Shown: positions 40,791 through 54,221, counted from the first letter of the stretch. The stretch is DNA of 64,000 nt from the human T2T-CHM13v2.0 reference genome, Homo sapiens (GCF_009914755.1 NC_060935.1); one strand, 5' to 3'. Numbers and translations are program-made. Notes: generated by a model from the sequence alone, not told the origin.

Positions 40791-43700
40791 TTAAAGAATT
40801 TTCTTGAAGAATCCTTTTGAGAAGTAAAATGAAGCCAGCGAGGAATGAAACCAAATTTGTCCTGTGCTCTGCAGAGGAAAGGGGGTGGCTTACCCAACCC
40901 CCACTTCCCCCCTCCTGCTGCCCGCGCCTCTCCCCCAGCCCCTCGGATCAGGATCCAGCCTCTCCCTTCTCTCAACTTGACAGTCAGCAGAAGGGCCTAA
41001 ATTGGGATATTTTCCAGAGGCAGGTTGAGTAAGCACTGACTGAGCTGACCCTGATAGAAATACTTAAGAAGCTTTGCAGGGGGATTAAGCGGCTGCCTTT
41101 AATCTTGCTTCCTTCCGGGTGGCCGCGGTGGGAGCGGATTCCAGCGTGTTGGCAGGGCTGGGTTGAGGGTCCTGAGCCCCAGCTGGTCTCTGCAGGAGGC
41201 GGGGCTTGTGAGCTGGGGAAACTGGGAGTTGGAGATGGGGAGAGAGATGGCGGTGAAACTGACCATGGTTTCCATTTCAACCTTTGAAAACCTAACTGAA
41301 TTGCCTTCTCTTTTCTCCTCCTTTATTTTCAATTCAGGAAGCTTTCATATTTCCAGATGTGAGGTGCTCTCATTAGTTGCTGGAAAATTCTGCCTTTTTT
41401 GATTATGTAACGACCAAGGCTAAATCCAGAGATGCATAAGCGGAAGAGGATTTGTTCTGGATCACACCAAGTGAATCCATGGAGGGAAACCTCTGAGGCT
41501 CAGTCACTCATCATGAAAGCATCTCAGATGCAACAATCCTGACTCAGTATGCTGTTTTCACAAGGGTCATGTGGCATAGCCTGGGAGTACAATGTCCATG
41601 CCTTAGTCCCTTATACTCTCCAAATAACAGTCAACCCCTTAGATTACCTACCATCGTAGTTTTTTAAAAGCCGTGGAAGAGGGGAAATGATATTTTTACT
41701 AAATCTGGGGTACGTATCTTCCTGGATACCCTGTATCTTAGAGGCTTTGTTAATAGAGATTACAGACGAAATGACGGTAGTTGACTTCTGGGTGGGGAAA
41801 CAAGTTCATTGAATATTAAAGCAAGAAAAAAAAAAAAGGAATTTAAAGATTATTAGTCCAATTTATCACTGGCAAATAAGGAACCTGAGTCTTGGAGACC
41901 TGTCCCCAAATCGTACACCTCTATAACAACCCTGCTGGATTAGAATTAGATCCCACTTTCTTTCAGCCATACCAAATTTGAGGTTTTAGAGGCGAAGTGT
42001 TCTGTAGGTATCTTTCCTAGGAGCCCTATTCAGAGCTAAATTGGGCTATTCATCATTTGAGCCTCCTTTCAGCTTGAGGGCTTAGAGTTGAGGTTTTAGG
42101 TCAAGGGTCCATACTTAGCATAGCCTAAAACATACTGGGCACTCAACGCACGTTAATTAAATAAATGTTAAATTCATGTGGTTTAGTTTACATGTATTCT
42201 GAGTGGGTTTCTGAGTGTCTGGAACTTCCAAATATTTTACTTAATCTTCCCTGAAATTTTTAACTATTTCCTCTCCTTCCTGTGGCACAGCATCTATTTA
42301 CAAGTATTTCTGATTCTGGCCACATGTTGTGTGGGCATTTTAAAACCCAGGGGGCACATGGGGCTGCATCTTCTAATTTTGGTTTGGCTGGGTCTATTAT
42401 TTTAGGTTTTAATTTTAGTTTGTTTTGGTCTCTCCATGATTACTCAGTCTTTCTTTGCATTCGCATCCAGGCTGTTCTGAGTACCTGTATCCCTAAAAGG
42501 CTCAAGCATATCATTGTACTTGTGTATTAATTATGTATTTCATTCATTACTACTGTACCTCGAGCAATACGACCTTAGGGCATATACCTGACATTTAAGA
42601 CTAACAATGATTTCACATACAGCATATCTGCTCAAAAAATAAAATCATCATTAGAGATTTAGGGGGAGTGAGAATTTAATGGATAGTACTGACTTTTTTT
42701 TTAAGCAAACACTTGACCCTAAAACTGCTTCTTTCCATCTTTTGCTTCAGCCTGACCTAGAAGTAGCTTTGACTTACAACTGGGCACCTCAGGGGCTCCT
42801 CTCCCAGCAGATTCACTGCTGCTATCATCCCTTAGCCAATGTTCATGTTTATTGGTGGCGGGGAGAGCCCACCTGAACATTCAAGGAATACTCAGAGTTT
42901 TAGTGCAGCATGCAGCTGGGTATATACAAAGGTTTTCCTGGGAGGGGCCTCTGAGCTTCCATGAGGATGGTTCCCTCTGCTCCACCTCCTTCCACCCCTC
43001 TGGTCCTACCTTTCTGAGCTGACACATTGTCCAGCACCGTGAAGTTGGCAACACATCCCAATTAACAATAATTGCCAGCCCTTGCGGGCACTGACTAGAC
43101 TCATCGCAGCCCCTGTGTACCATGGTTTACACTGAAAGACTTCTCATGGGAGCTGAGAGGCCCTTGGGGCTGGTGCCAGCTCCTGTTCCTGGGTTTGAAC
43201 TGCACCACTTAGTCTTTATAAATAAGTGTCAGTCCCATTGACTGTGCTTTATTCCAAACAGATTTTTCACCAGCAACAACACTGAAGATGATAGGCGGGG
43301 GAGCAGGGGTGTTGACAGTACACACTTGACACACATCAGCGGCTTTTGGCACCCACCAGTCATCAACTAAAGGAGTCTGGGAGGGACAATAGACTGAAAT
43401 CTCCCTCCTTGCTTCAGAACCCACCTTCACGCTGCAGTGCATCCTTTACAGTGATTTCCAGGGAATTAATTTAAAATTGCTCGTTCAGTCCTGTCGGTAT
43501 CTCCTCAGAGGGCTCCCACCACCCAGGCCTGCCTCATTTCAACCCAGACTCGCTCCCATTGACTTTGGGAAATAGGTAAAACATACTTAAACAAAACAGA
43601 GGACAGTTTTTAAAGGAGTTATAAAGATTTTTACCTAGTGACATAGACTAAAATCTCAACAGGTGCAAACTTATCCTTCCTGGAAGAGGGACTATATCCC

Positions 43701-44502
43701 TCTTGGCTCTAAAGACATAGATTTGCATATTGATAGAATCCATGGATTTGTATAGCTGGATTGGGATATTAGAAACCATTAATCACCGTTCAGCACAGCA
43801 GTCAGCCTCTTGAAAGTTGTTGGGGGTTGGGGGCAGGCTATTTAACATCTAGTCAAGCAGAAATACTCAATTGCCAAAAACAGGCCACACTGATTCATCC
43901 AACAGAGGTACCATTCATTCATTCATTCATTTAATCATTCACAGGATAGCTATTGCACGTCATTTGTGTCAGGCCTTATCGGTGGCTGGAGATAATGAAT
44001 GTGAAAGGCGGTTGCTATCGTGCTTTTACACTTACCGATCATCTGAGTGTCTGTCCTTCTATCCAGAATCTATGTGGACTATAATGGGAATTACGAGGTC
44101 TTCTCTCTGCCTTTTACTAGATACACATCTTTGATCTCCCCGCAGAGATGCAGTACACGGAAAAGGAACTCAGTACCATTTATGCTGGTTGTTCTGCATG
44201 AGTTCTGGGATTTGGGGCTTCAAGGTCACACAGCTGTCAAATCTAAAGAAACCATGAAGATACCTAGCTATCATCCCCTCCTAACTGTTTAAACTGTTGA
44301 GGACACTGAGATTTGAAGTTTAGTGTACCTGCCCAATGTTGCAAAGCTAAATTCTGGCAGGGGTGAGACCACACATCACCTGCCTTCATGGCCTGCTGGT
44401 TGCTCTGTCTACTCTGAAGTTCATGACGAAACCCCATGAGTCCAGGTGAAGAAGACTGTAAGAGACCCTCTAGTTCAAAACTTCTCTACTGGGGAGACCT
44501 TG

Positions 44503-44682
44503 TAGTTCAAAGCTTCTCAACTTTGGCTGCACATATCTAGGGACCCGAGGGAGCATGCCACACTACAGAAGCCTGAGCTGCACCCCCAGAAATGTAAGTT
44601 TACTTGGTTTGGGGTCAGGTCTGGACATCTACATTTTTAAAAGATGCCCTAGATGATTATTGAGTTTAGGGAAAACTCAGAT
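44503..44682. mobile_element. MER5A/B-like hAT-Charlie relic
   Basis: 'gcttctcaactttggctgcacat...cacccccaga...ttggtttggggtcaggtctggacatc..catttttaaaag...ccctagatgatt'. Confidence 0.7.
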
Positions 44683-45714
44683 AAACCACACATCCTACTG
44701 TCCTGCTCACTCACATACCCGCTCACTCATTCACTCATTCATTCATTCATTTGTTCATTTCACAATTTTCCTCAAACATTACTTTAGCAAGAGAGACATA
44801 CATAAAAAATCTCCAAAGTCATCCACATCCTGTGTCAGGAAAATCCTGCCAGGCTGTTGGCACACCAGAGGCACTTTCCAAGTTCCTCACCCAGCTTTTA
44901 AATATCACTAATAAACAGCACTAGCCAGCATGCCCATGAAAGCCTGCAGCTTGTCCCCATTTCCAAGCTCACTTTGCCCAGGAGTCACTCTGGAGCCCTG
45001 CCACCATGGGATGGAAACACGTCCGTGTTCGGGGCTGTGACAGAAGGGCACCAGGAGCTTGTTGCTCTTTATTTACCTTTAATTAGAATTTTCCTGTGTG
45101 TCTCTGCCCTCCCATGAGAGCAGCAGCACCCTGTTAATGGGATTATGTGGTATGGATGCTGCTGTGGACGTGTGGGCCGCTACTCCGTCTCTGAATTTCA
45201 CCCAGATAATTGATTTCGGTCTGTTCCCTGACACTCGCCTTCGTGGCACAGGGTGTTATTAGGGCCTTTGTTCCATTTTTGAGTGACAAAGCCTTTACAT
45301 GCCAGCCAAGCAAAAGCAATTGTTGCATCTCTCACTTTTCTTATTAACTAACAGAGAATTGCAGGCAGCTTGAAGCCCGCTGAGAGAAATAATAACATAA
45401 GCGGCTGCTTGGGCGCAAAGTGGGTCCTTTCAACCACAACAGCCTGGTGAGATTAACAAGGGCCCCTCCTCTCCTGCAGCCACTGGATCCCCACTCTCCA
45501 TCTTCCCTGTCTGTCTCCCTCTGCCTTTCCCTTATCGCCTCTATGTCTGCTTCTGGAAACCCTCTGGTTCTCTAAAGCACCAAGTGGTCCGTGGAGAGCA
45601 GGAGTCCTCCAAGATTCTGGGTAGGCCTGCTCCATGTCTTAACTCCCTGTGGATTGGAATCATGCATTCCCATATCACCACTAGTTGGTGTTTCTGTGTT
45701 TCCATGCTTGCTTT

Positions 45715-46300
45715 TCATTTTTAAATATGTATTATGAAATAAATATGTATTATGAAAGAATTTAGACATATAAAAAAGGATGAGAGAAAATGAACATTAG
45801 TGTATCTACTACCTAGATTAATTTTTTTAAATGGGGCCAAGGCCACCTGAGAGTCTTTTCCTGATCTGCTCTCCCTCTCTCCCACAGAGTTCACTATCCT
45901 TAATTTGATATCTGTCATTCCCAGGCATCCATTTACATTTCTACCATATACGTGTGCACCACTAAGCAATACAAAGGATTGGCACTTTTTTAAACTTATA
46001 AAGATATTAAATACCAGGTGTATTTCACGATCTGAAAGTTTCGTGACATTTTTTCACTTGGTAAATGAGCTGGAGTGTTCTGTGATCAATCACAATGTTG
46101 TACTTAGCAATCCATTTGTCGGAGGATGTTCAGGGTTTAAGGTGTCTCCATTCATTTTGCTATTACAAACGCGGCCACTATGAGTATTTGGATTCACACC
46201 TCCTTGTGCACACACACAAGCCTTTCCTGACATACAAGCCTAGAAGGGTTGTAAGGATTGCTCATCTTCAACTCTAGCAGTAACACCAAGATGCCTCCAA
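45715..46300 (-). mobile_element. L1ME 3'-end fragment
   Basis: 'cactatccttaatttgatatctgtcattccc..gcat...ggatgttcagggttt...ttttgctattacaaac..ggccactatgag'. Confidence 0.7.
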
Positions 46301-46739
46301 AGGGTTTTTTTTTTTTTTCTAATTATGTAATAAGATGAAATGTAGGGATTGGTAATCCCATTTCACACGCAAGTACAAAGATGATTTCTCCCTGTGTTTG
46401 GCCAGGAAGGCAACAGCAATGAGGAAAGGAAAATTACTTCCCCCTAGTTTCTATTCTTGGTCTCCCACTATCCCAGGTACCTAAGCTGTCAAGAAGCATT
46501 ACCATCATCCTAATGGAACTGGGAACTCATTCCTGTTCCTACTTCCTTGGTAACTTTGTTTTCCATCCTTGAGCCATTGGCAGGTGAGATCCTTAGTCAT
46601 GACCTGCTCTTTCTTGTGGTCCAGGCAGGGCAATTCCTGCTGTGTGAAAAGTACTGTGTGATCAGTTACCCAGAGCTCTGAGCTGATAGGCACTCTGTTT
46701 CCATGGTTGCTTCAGCAAGTCGGTGGTCACGCCAGCAAA

Positions 46740-46950
46740 CACTTGAGTCTATCCTGAATTTGCATTCTCATGCTCACTAATTTTGTGGACCACAATCAAA
46801 TACTTAACTTCTCAGATGCTGTCTCCTCATCTTTAAAATGGGAATGATTGTACATACCTTTCAGAAAAGTTGTGAGAATCACGTAAACAAAGCAAAGCGA
46901 CAAGCACAATGTTTAATACTCTGTGGTCATCCTGTAAAAAGCATAAATGA
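46740..46950 (+). mobile_element. MIR SINE
   Basis: 'tacttaacttctc...tctcctcatctttaaaatgggaatgattgtacatacct...gttgtgagaat'. Confidence 0.65.
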
Positions 46951-48214
46951 CTTTAAAATGCATGCTTTGCTCTGCGTATGTGGCGTGAGGTGGAGGAAGG
47001 GCTCTGGGGCTGGGGAGAACCATGCCCCCACTGACTCTCTTTGTTTGGATTCCAAATACTAGGGTTGGAAGACACTGACGAGTTTTACACCATTGACTGA
47101 TCCATGATAGTTTAGAAAGGAAGCTGATTTCACAGAACTTTCTTAGGTCTACTAGTTCTTACCCCAAAGAGGCTAGTAAAACTAGTTTCTTTGTGGACAA
47201 AAGACTCAAATGTATATATGACACTTCTGCCTTGATTCTGTACCTCTCCTAAGTGAAATTTTACTTTGAGAAGGTAGAATTTCCTTCCTTTATCAATAAA
47301 AGCTCAGGAAAGTCGAAACACTTTTAGAGCTCCCTTTAGGGGTACAAGAAAGGACAGGGTTCAGAACCCATTGTATGCTCCCAGGCACATAAAGTGACAG
47401 TACTGCTATGTTGTCTTCTTCTTAGCAGTTCTTGTTTTCTCATGCAGTCGTCACCCCGTTTAATTACCCCTCTGTCTTTGTTTCCATCTTTATCCACTCC
47501 CCTCTCCTCCCTTCTTCCTTTTCACTGCATCCTCATCCTTTCTTCTTCATTCTCATGGCCTCCTGGCACCTCCACAATTCACCTGCTTGTCCCCAAAGAC
47601 TCTCACGCAGCTTTCTTGAATGACTGATTACTGGAAGGAATAGAATTGTTAAAAACAACAATGTTTTCTATACACCAGTGTGTAAAATGTATAATAATAA
47701 AATGGAATTGCACTAAATGAATTATGGTTTTTTTAAAAAAACAAATTACCCACCTGTCAAATACTATTAACGCTCAAATCAGTGTGAAGAATAAGAACGC
47801 GTGTACAGAGGGAGCTTTTCTTCCTTTGTAAAACAAATACCAGCCCCTCATAACAGCTGCTTTCAGTGTCTTGAATCAGCAACTGATAAGGGGAAGGAAG
47901 GTAGAAAACTCTCCAACAAGTCGTTTTTCATGGTGTCAATGTAATGTGTTACTTTCGTGTGTAATTCAGATGTGTTCTCATATTTGAGTGAAGGGTTCAT
48001 TAACTTCCCATTGCTTAATGATATTCCATAGGATAGGGCAAATGAGAAAGGGGAACTTATGAAAACAAAAGTGAGAGTGGAGGTGGGTTTTCAACGTTCA
48101 AGGACTCATTTGCTTCTCAAAAAAAGCGGCTTTGAAAGCCAAACACACAGGGAAATACCTTGTTTTTGTGAATATGCTCAAAGGTAGCATTGATCTGGAC
48201 AAAGAACAGTAGCT

Positions 48215-48288
48215 TTTTTCCTTCCTTTCTTTCTTCCTTCCTTCCTTCCGTCTCCCTCCCTTCCTCCTTCCCTTCCTTTCTGCCTTCT
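48215..48288. repeat. (TTCC)n-type polypyrimidine repeat
   Basis: ttttttccttcctttctttcttccttccttccttccgtctccctcccttcc... Confidence 0.9.
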
Positions 48289-49604
48289 GTAGTTTATTTT
48301 GTTTTATCTTTAATGATGACAGGCAGGAGACAAATGCACTTCTTCTTCAATCCAGTGAGATTGTTTTTCCATAGAAGCACGTCTACGTTAGTGTTAGGAA
48401 AGGAAAGGACAGTTATATTACTTGGGAGGGGAGATACACTGCTGGTGATTGTCACAGGGTATCCCAGAGACCATGGAAATCCTTCATTCACTCTTAGAGG
48501 GTTATTTTCTTCCCTAACATTGGTCAAAAGTAACTGCCCCTTAGGCAGAGCAGAAGCCACACATGTCCTCAGCCTTCAGCCTCTCACAGCTTTGTTGAAT
48601 TCATCTAAATCTCTCGGTTTTGTTCTCCACGTGATGACTAAGTGGCCGATGCAGTAGGTAAGCACGAAATTAGAGGGGGTTAACTGTATTATACACAGAT
48701 TTAGCTCACCTGGCCCACCAGAGACGCGGCTCAGACCCTGGTTGAATTAAGGAATTTGCTATGAACCCTCTAGCTGACCTGTGGCCAGCATTCTAATTAA
48801 TAAGTTCTATATCTGGCTTTTGTTCTCTGTTAACTACAAATAATTCTTCTTCCTTGACTTTAATATAATAGAATACACTCTTTAAAAGTGTCTTGGGGAA
48901 AAAAAGGAAATATAGACATAGAAATGATTATTAATGTTCTTGCTTAATTGAAAGAGTATTTTCCTGATAGTTATACGTCTTCTAATTACCTCAATGTGCA
49001 TTGCTTAAAATTTAAACAAAACAAAACAAAACACCTTTGGGTTAGAGCAGTAATTGTGTTTATATTATTTCAGCTAGAGCTAAGTGGATTTCAATGGCTA
49101 ACCTCAAATGTAAAAAGTTGTTACTTTGGCCTATGTTTGCATTTAAAGTGCACAAATACAAGGGCTTAAGTCAGAAAGACATGAAAGCGCATGGAATAGT
49201 TCCCAGTTTCTGTTTGTTCTTTATGCAATTCAAGGCTGTGTATGATTACAGTGTTGGTTGCATTTAAGTGCTTTGTTTTCCCCTGGGTTACAAACATCTA
49301 AGGGAGGCGGGAGGATAAGAGGATAAAGAGAATTGAAAAGAATTCTCAAAAGGCATTGTGAAGCACATCAGCTGAGGAGTGAGTTATAAATGAATCTAAC
49401 AGAGAGACATTTAATTTCCTTCTACATAAGCTTGAGGCTGAAGAGGAAAAGTTAGTGGGCATAACTTTACTTACAAGGAACAGCAAATTTTAACAACTCC
49501 TTGGTGTAGGGGAGAATAATTCAAGCCATTTGGTAGTAATTATCCATTACATTTGTTCAGCACATTGGAGTTCATTGTCCCCTACAACTTCTACATAATT
49601 TGGC

Positions 49605-51700
49605 TCCACAAATATTTGTTGAGTGTCCGCTAAGCTCCAGACGTAGAGCTGGCTTTGGGAACATTAGGCTCAAAGAAGTAATAGCCCCCACTCTCAAGGG
49701 GGTCACAGTGTACAAGATGGACACATAAGATAATAAAAGGTAATGCGGCAAGTTCTGTAATAGTAGAAAGCGTAAATCCTTAGCTGAGTAGAAGAGTGAG
49801 CAATTAAATTCTGCTTGGACTACATTTAGAGTAACCTAGAATGTGTATTGATGTAAGCATTCATTCATTTATTTATTCACTCACTCATTCAAAGAGCAAA
49901 TGTGTTTTTCTAGCCTGTATTGTGACAGACATTACACTGGTCAAAGAATGACTTGAGTGATACACAATTATGAGCTGAAACATGTTGAATAGTGAATGAA
50001 TCTTACTTAGGCTGTGGTCTTCCTCAGGGATGCCTTTCTTTATTTGGCTATGGAACTGGGGAAAGAGTAGGAGTTTAAAAAGTAAATGAGAGAGGGAAAA
50101 TATTCTGGACAAAAGAAATGGCTTGTGCAAAGCTCTGCTGTAAGAGGCAGAACTCTAGATGCTGGAGGACAAGGAAGGCCAGTACAGCTGTAGCTGACAG
50201 AGCAGAAGGAACACGGCATGTACGTTAGTTTGCTAGGGCTGCTGTAGTAAAGTATTGCGAAATGGATGGACTACAACAACAGAAATTTATTGTTTCACAA
50301 TCCTGGAAACTAGAAGTCTGCAATCACAGTGTTGGCAGGGTGGTTCCTTCTGAGGGCTATGAGGGAGAATCTGTTCCAGGCTTCTTGTCCAGCTTCTGGT
50401 GGGTTTTGGGCAATCATTAGTGTTCCCTGGTTATAGATGCTTCATCCCAATCTCTGCCTTCATCTTCACAAGGTGTTCTTGTATGCATCTGTGCCCAAAT
50501 CTCCCCTTTTCATAAAGACACCAGTCATGTTGGATGAGGGCCCCAGCCAATTCCAACATGACCTAATCTTAATTTAACTAATTACACCTGCAATTATTCT
50601 GTTTTCAAATAAGATGACATTCTGAGATATTAGGGGTTAGGACTTCAGCATATGAATTTTTGTATGGTGGTGGGGGGTGGGGACAATTTAACTGCTGACA
50701 ATCTGGGATGAGGCTGGATATGAGGCTAGCACTTGATGTCTTTGGCTTCTTCGAGGACTGGTAAGTCATGTTACGGACTTGGGTCTTTATCCTCAGATTT
50801 TGAGCAGAAGATGCCATCGTCAAATTTTCATTTCACAAAAGTGTCCCAACCTCTGCACTGTATGGGAAGGTTGGGTGTGGACAGACCTGTTGAAGACAGT
50901 TGCAGCCATTCGGGTGAGAAATTATAGATTATGATATACCAGGATGGAAAAGATGGACTGGAGAAAAATTGATAGATTGGGAAGATGTTTAAAAGGCAAA
51001 CAATTAATAGGACCAGTTAATGGGTTTGGGTGATAAAAAGAGGGTAGGGTACAGGATGACAACTGGATGGAAAGTGGCATCATTTACTGACACAGGGCCA
51101 GACTTAACAGAGAAAAATATGAATTCAGTCTTGACTATGAAGAGTTTATAGTACCATTTAAATATCCTAGAGGAAACAGCGAATATGTTTTTGGAGGATT
51201 TTTGAGGTTAGAAAAGAGGTCTGGGCTAGAAATATAAATTTGGAGATTATTGTTTTATATGTTAATGCATAAATTAAACCATGCACAAGAATAAAATGTC
51301 TTGGGGAGAGGGTAGTATAAAGTGGAGAGAGCCTAGGAATTTGCTTTGATAAACTCCAACTTTATAGGATGATAATGAAGGAAGATGCCTACAGGAGAAT
51401 CAGAAGAAGAGTGAAGAGGTGAAAGTAGCCATACAAGTCAAAAGAAGAAAATAGTTCAAAAAGGGGCATGATCACAATTTAGATTGCTGATGGTTGAGGC
51501 AAATGAGATGGGACAGAGGAGGGAGTTGCCCACTGGATTCCATGACATGAAGACGAATGAAGCCTTAGCATGTTGGCAGAAGAGGGAAGAAGAAGGAAGT
51601 CAGCAAGATAACAATAAGGAGAGCTAGAGGTAAAATTGACAAATGCCATGAGTCCCAGAAAAGCAATTTTAACAAGAAGGTAGATGATATGGGAGGGTGG
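49605..51700 (-). mobile_element. L2 LINE fragments, interrupted by MLT1C
   Basis: 'acaaatatttgttgagtgtc', 'cattcattcatttatttattcactcactcattcaa', 'gaattcagtcttgactatgaagagttt', 'gaaaagaggtctgggctagaaatataaatttggag'. Confidence 0.75.
50219..50700 (-). mobile_element. ERVL-MaLR solo LTR, MLT1C-like
   Basis: 'ttagtttgctagggctgctgtagtaaagta...cagaaatttattgtttcaca...ggttccttctgagggctatgagggagaatctgttcca...gggttaggacttcagcatatgaattttt'. Confidence 0.88.
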
Positions 51701-52289
51701 ATGATCATCAGGAAGGACGTCTCTAGACTCTGAAGCAGATGTCAGAGTGAGAGAACACAGAGCCAAGGTTGCAGACGGCAGTGTCCTCAGTAGATAGACA
51801 GGCTTGGACAGTCAGCTACGTCGAGGGATTGGTCGTAATATTCTAAAAAAAAAAAAAAAGTCAGAAAAAGTATTCTAAATGGCGCAGTGGAAGGTGAAAA
51901 AAGAATGGAGGAAAGAAGAGCAAAGGCCAGGAGTGAAAGGGCTGGGCAGGGAGGAATTTTTTCATTTGATAGTGACAGAGATGAGAAGGGACAAGAACCA
52001 GGGTGGTTAGTGGTTCAGTCTCAAAAGTCCCTTTCAGGAGGCTGTAAGAAGATGTATACTGGTCCCAAACTGCCAGAGTGTTGGCCCTCTGGAGCTTTGG
52101 TGATATGAGCTCCAGGATCTGCAGTTTCTTCCTGTAGGAGTAGCGTGCTTGCAAATCCAGGTGTGGAGTTTATGCAGTCACATGGCATGGAGTAGTGGCA
52201 TTTTATCTAGCTGGAGTGCAGAAGAAAGGTCTGAGAGTCTCTGTCCCTCTAGTTCATGGCTGGAGGTGGTAGTGCCCCCAGGGAGTGCA

Positions 52290-52720
52290 TTAATTCATTT
52301 ATTCATGCATGTATCCATTATTTCCTTTATTCATTCAACAAACCTTTTTAAGTAGCTACTTTGTACCAGACTCTGAATACACGTTGATGAATTGAAGCTA
52401 TTATTCCCACCTTCATTACCCTAAAGTCTATTTGGAAAGGGGAAAATAAATAGAAAACAAAATCAACAAACATAAAATGGAATTACATATTAGAAAACTG
52501 TTATAGAGGTAAAGGCAAGATGCCACAATAGGAAATAAAAGGAGAGCCATACATATACAGATACTTTGAGCCTGCACAGTGTGAGATTTTTAAGAATCAG
52601 ATGGATCTGGCAATGTGAATAGTTGGAGACCAAGGCATCCTGGCAGAAGTGGGAAAGGCCAGTGGGGACAACTGTGGGTTCACACACAGTGGGTGACAAG
52701 GAGTGGCTGACTGTTATGGA
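52290..52720 (-). mobile_element. L2 fragment
   Basis: 'ttattcattcaacaaacctttt.aagtagctactttgtaccagac'. Confidence 0.6.
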
Positions 52721-53271
52721 GAAAGGATTGTAGAAGGGGACAAAGGGATGTAAGAGGGGTTAGTGGATTCAGAATCCATGTGTTTCAGTTCCTGGGTATC
52801 CCATTTCTGTTTAAAACAATCTGCCTGTCATTTGTCCTTTGTGGACACATTTTCAATGTCTAATGTTTTGTTCAAAACCTGAAGCCATGAAACCACACTA
52901 CTTCCCCTTTATCGCTGTCCTCTACAGTGATCATGCAGATAATCCAAGATCAGGAAGTCAACTAAGAGAGAAAACAAAAGTCTATATTTTCACACTGAGT
53001 AGTTATCTTGAAGTTCAAGTTATGTATATGCTGGTAAATTACAGATATCTGGTGTCCTTCCCCAAATTAACTTGTCACATTCTAACAAAATGATCAAATT
53101 TTCTGGACAGCTACCTTGTTAATTTCTAAGTCCATTCTCGAAGCTGCCCTCTACCATCATCAGGTACTAATACCCTCCAGGTCTCCTATTCCCAGACGTT
53201 GGCACACAAACCAGTTCTCTACTGGATTAAATTTTTCTCAGTGTTGGATCCTTACTTTTCTACATTTTGTA

Positions 53272-53530
53272 GGCAGAGCTGTAAGATGGTTAGGCTCATG
53301 ACTCTGGAGTCAAACTGCCTGGGTTCAAATATCTCACTCAACATATAGGTATGTGACCTTGAAAAGCTATTAAATTCTACCTGCCAAATTTTCCTTATTT
53401 GTAAGATGAAGAAAAAAAAAAACAACTACCTCTCAATAACGTTTTTAGGTCTAAGTGAGATGAATCAGGCAAAGCACTTATCACAACCCTGTGCGTAGCA
53501 AGTACGTAGTAAATGTCAGCTGTTATTATT
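53272..53530 (+). mobile_element. MIR SINE, near full length
   Basis: 'gactctggagtcaaactgcctgggttcaaat...tgtgaccttg...aagtgagatgaatcaggcaaagcactta...aaatgtcagctgttattatt'. Confidence 0.8.
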
Positions 53531-53539
53531 TGTACTCTC

Positions 53540-53948
53540 GTCACTATCACCATTACCACCACGACCACTTTCACTATTAACACCAGTATCACCACCGCCT
53601 TCACCATTATTGCCAAAATTGTCACTACCACAATCATCACCATCTTTGCCATCACTGCAACATCACCACCATCACTCATCATCAGCATCACTACCACCTT
53701 CACCATCATCACCACCACCACAACTTTCATCTACATTGCCAACATTACCACCATCACCACCACCTTCACCATTATCACAAATATCACCACCATCATCATC
53801 ACTACCACTAACACCTTCACCATTAATTCTGGTATTGCCACCATCATCACCACCACCTTCACAGTCATCACGAACATCATCACCGCCACCTTAACCATCA
53901 TTGCCAACATCACTACCATCACTACCACCACCACTGTTACTACTATCT
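53540..53948. repeat. Degenerate (CAC/CAT)n low-complexity tandem repeat
   Basis: About 400 bp of ACC/ATC/ACT triplets directly after the MIR tail. Confidence 0.92.
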
Positions 53949-54221
53949 GATTGTGATCACCCACTGTCTTTTCTTTCCAGGTTTCACGGCACGTCTCCAA
54001 ACCAGGACAAGGCATACAACTTTTACTCAACCAGCTTCTTTGTTCCCTCTTTTCTTCTCACTAACCTAGTCTCTATTCTACCTTCCAAGTATCAGAGTAT
54101 CTAAAGCCCACTTTAAAAATTGAAACTCTTTATTCAGTGCAATTGATCATAAGAAAATTAAAGCTAGTAAAAATGTTCCTTTTAGCCTTATGACTACTTA
54201 CCCTGTCATTACCATCTTTTA

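Noticed and set aside
40417-40854. Overlapping 145-aa and 116-aa ORFs
   Set aside because: Fall within a GC-enriched L2 fragment where stop codons are rare by chance
48190-48657. 155-aa ORF
   Set aside because: Non-ATG start, N-terminus is the (TTCC)n repeat and the remainder is unrecognisable
48714-48730. CTCF-like CCACCAGAGACGC (similar partial matches near 35300 and 63470)
   Set aside because: Each misses core positions of the CTCF consensus; not supportable without a PWM scan
53395-54030. Mucin-like Thr/Ile-rich and Val/Met-rich ORFs
   Set aside because: Products of the CAC/CAT low-complexity repeat; no signal peptide, exon structure or unique domain
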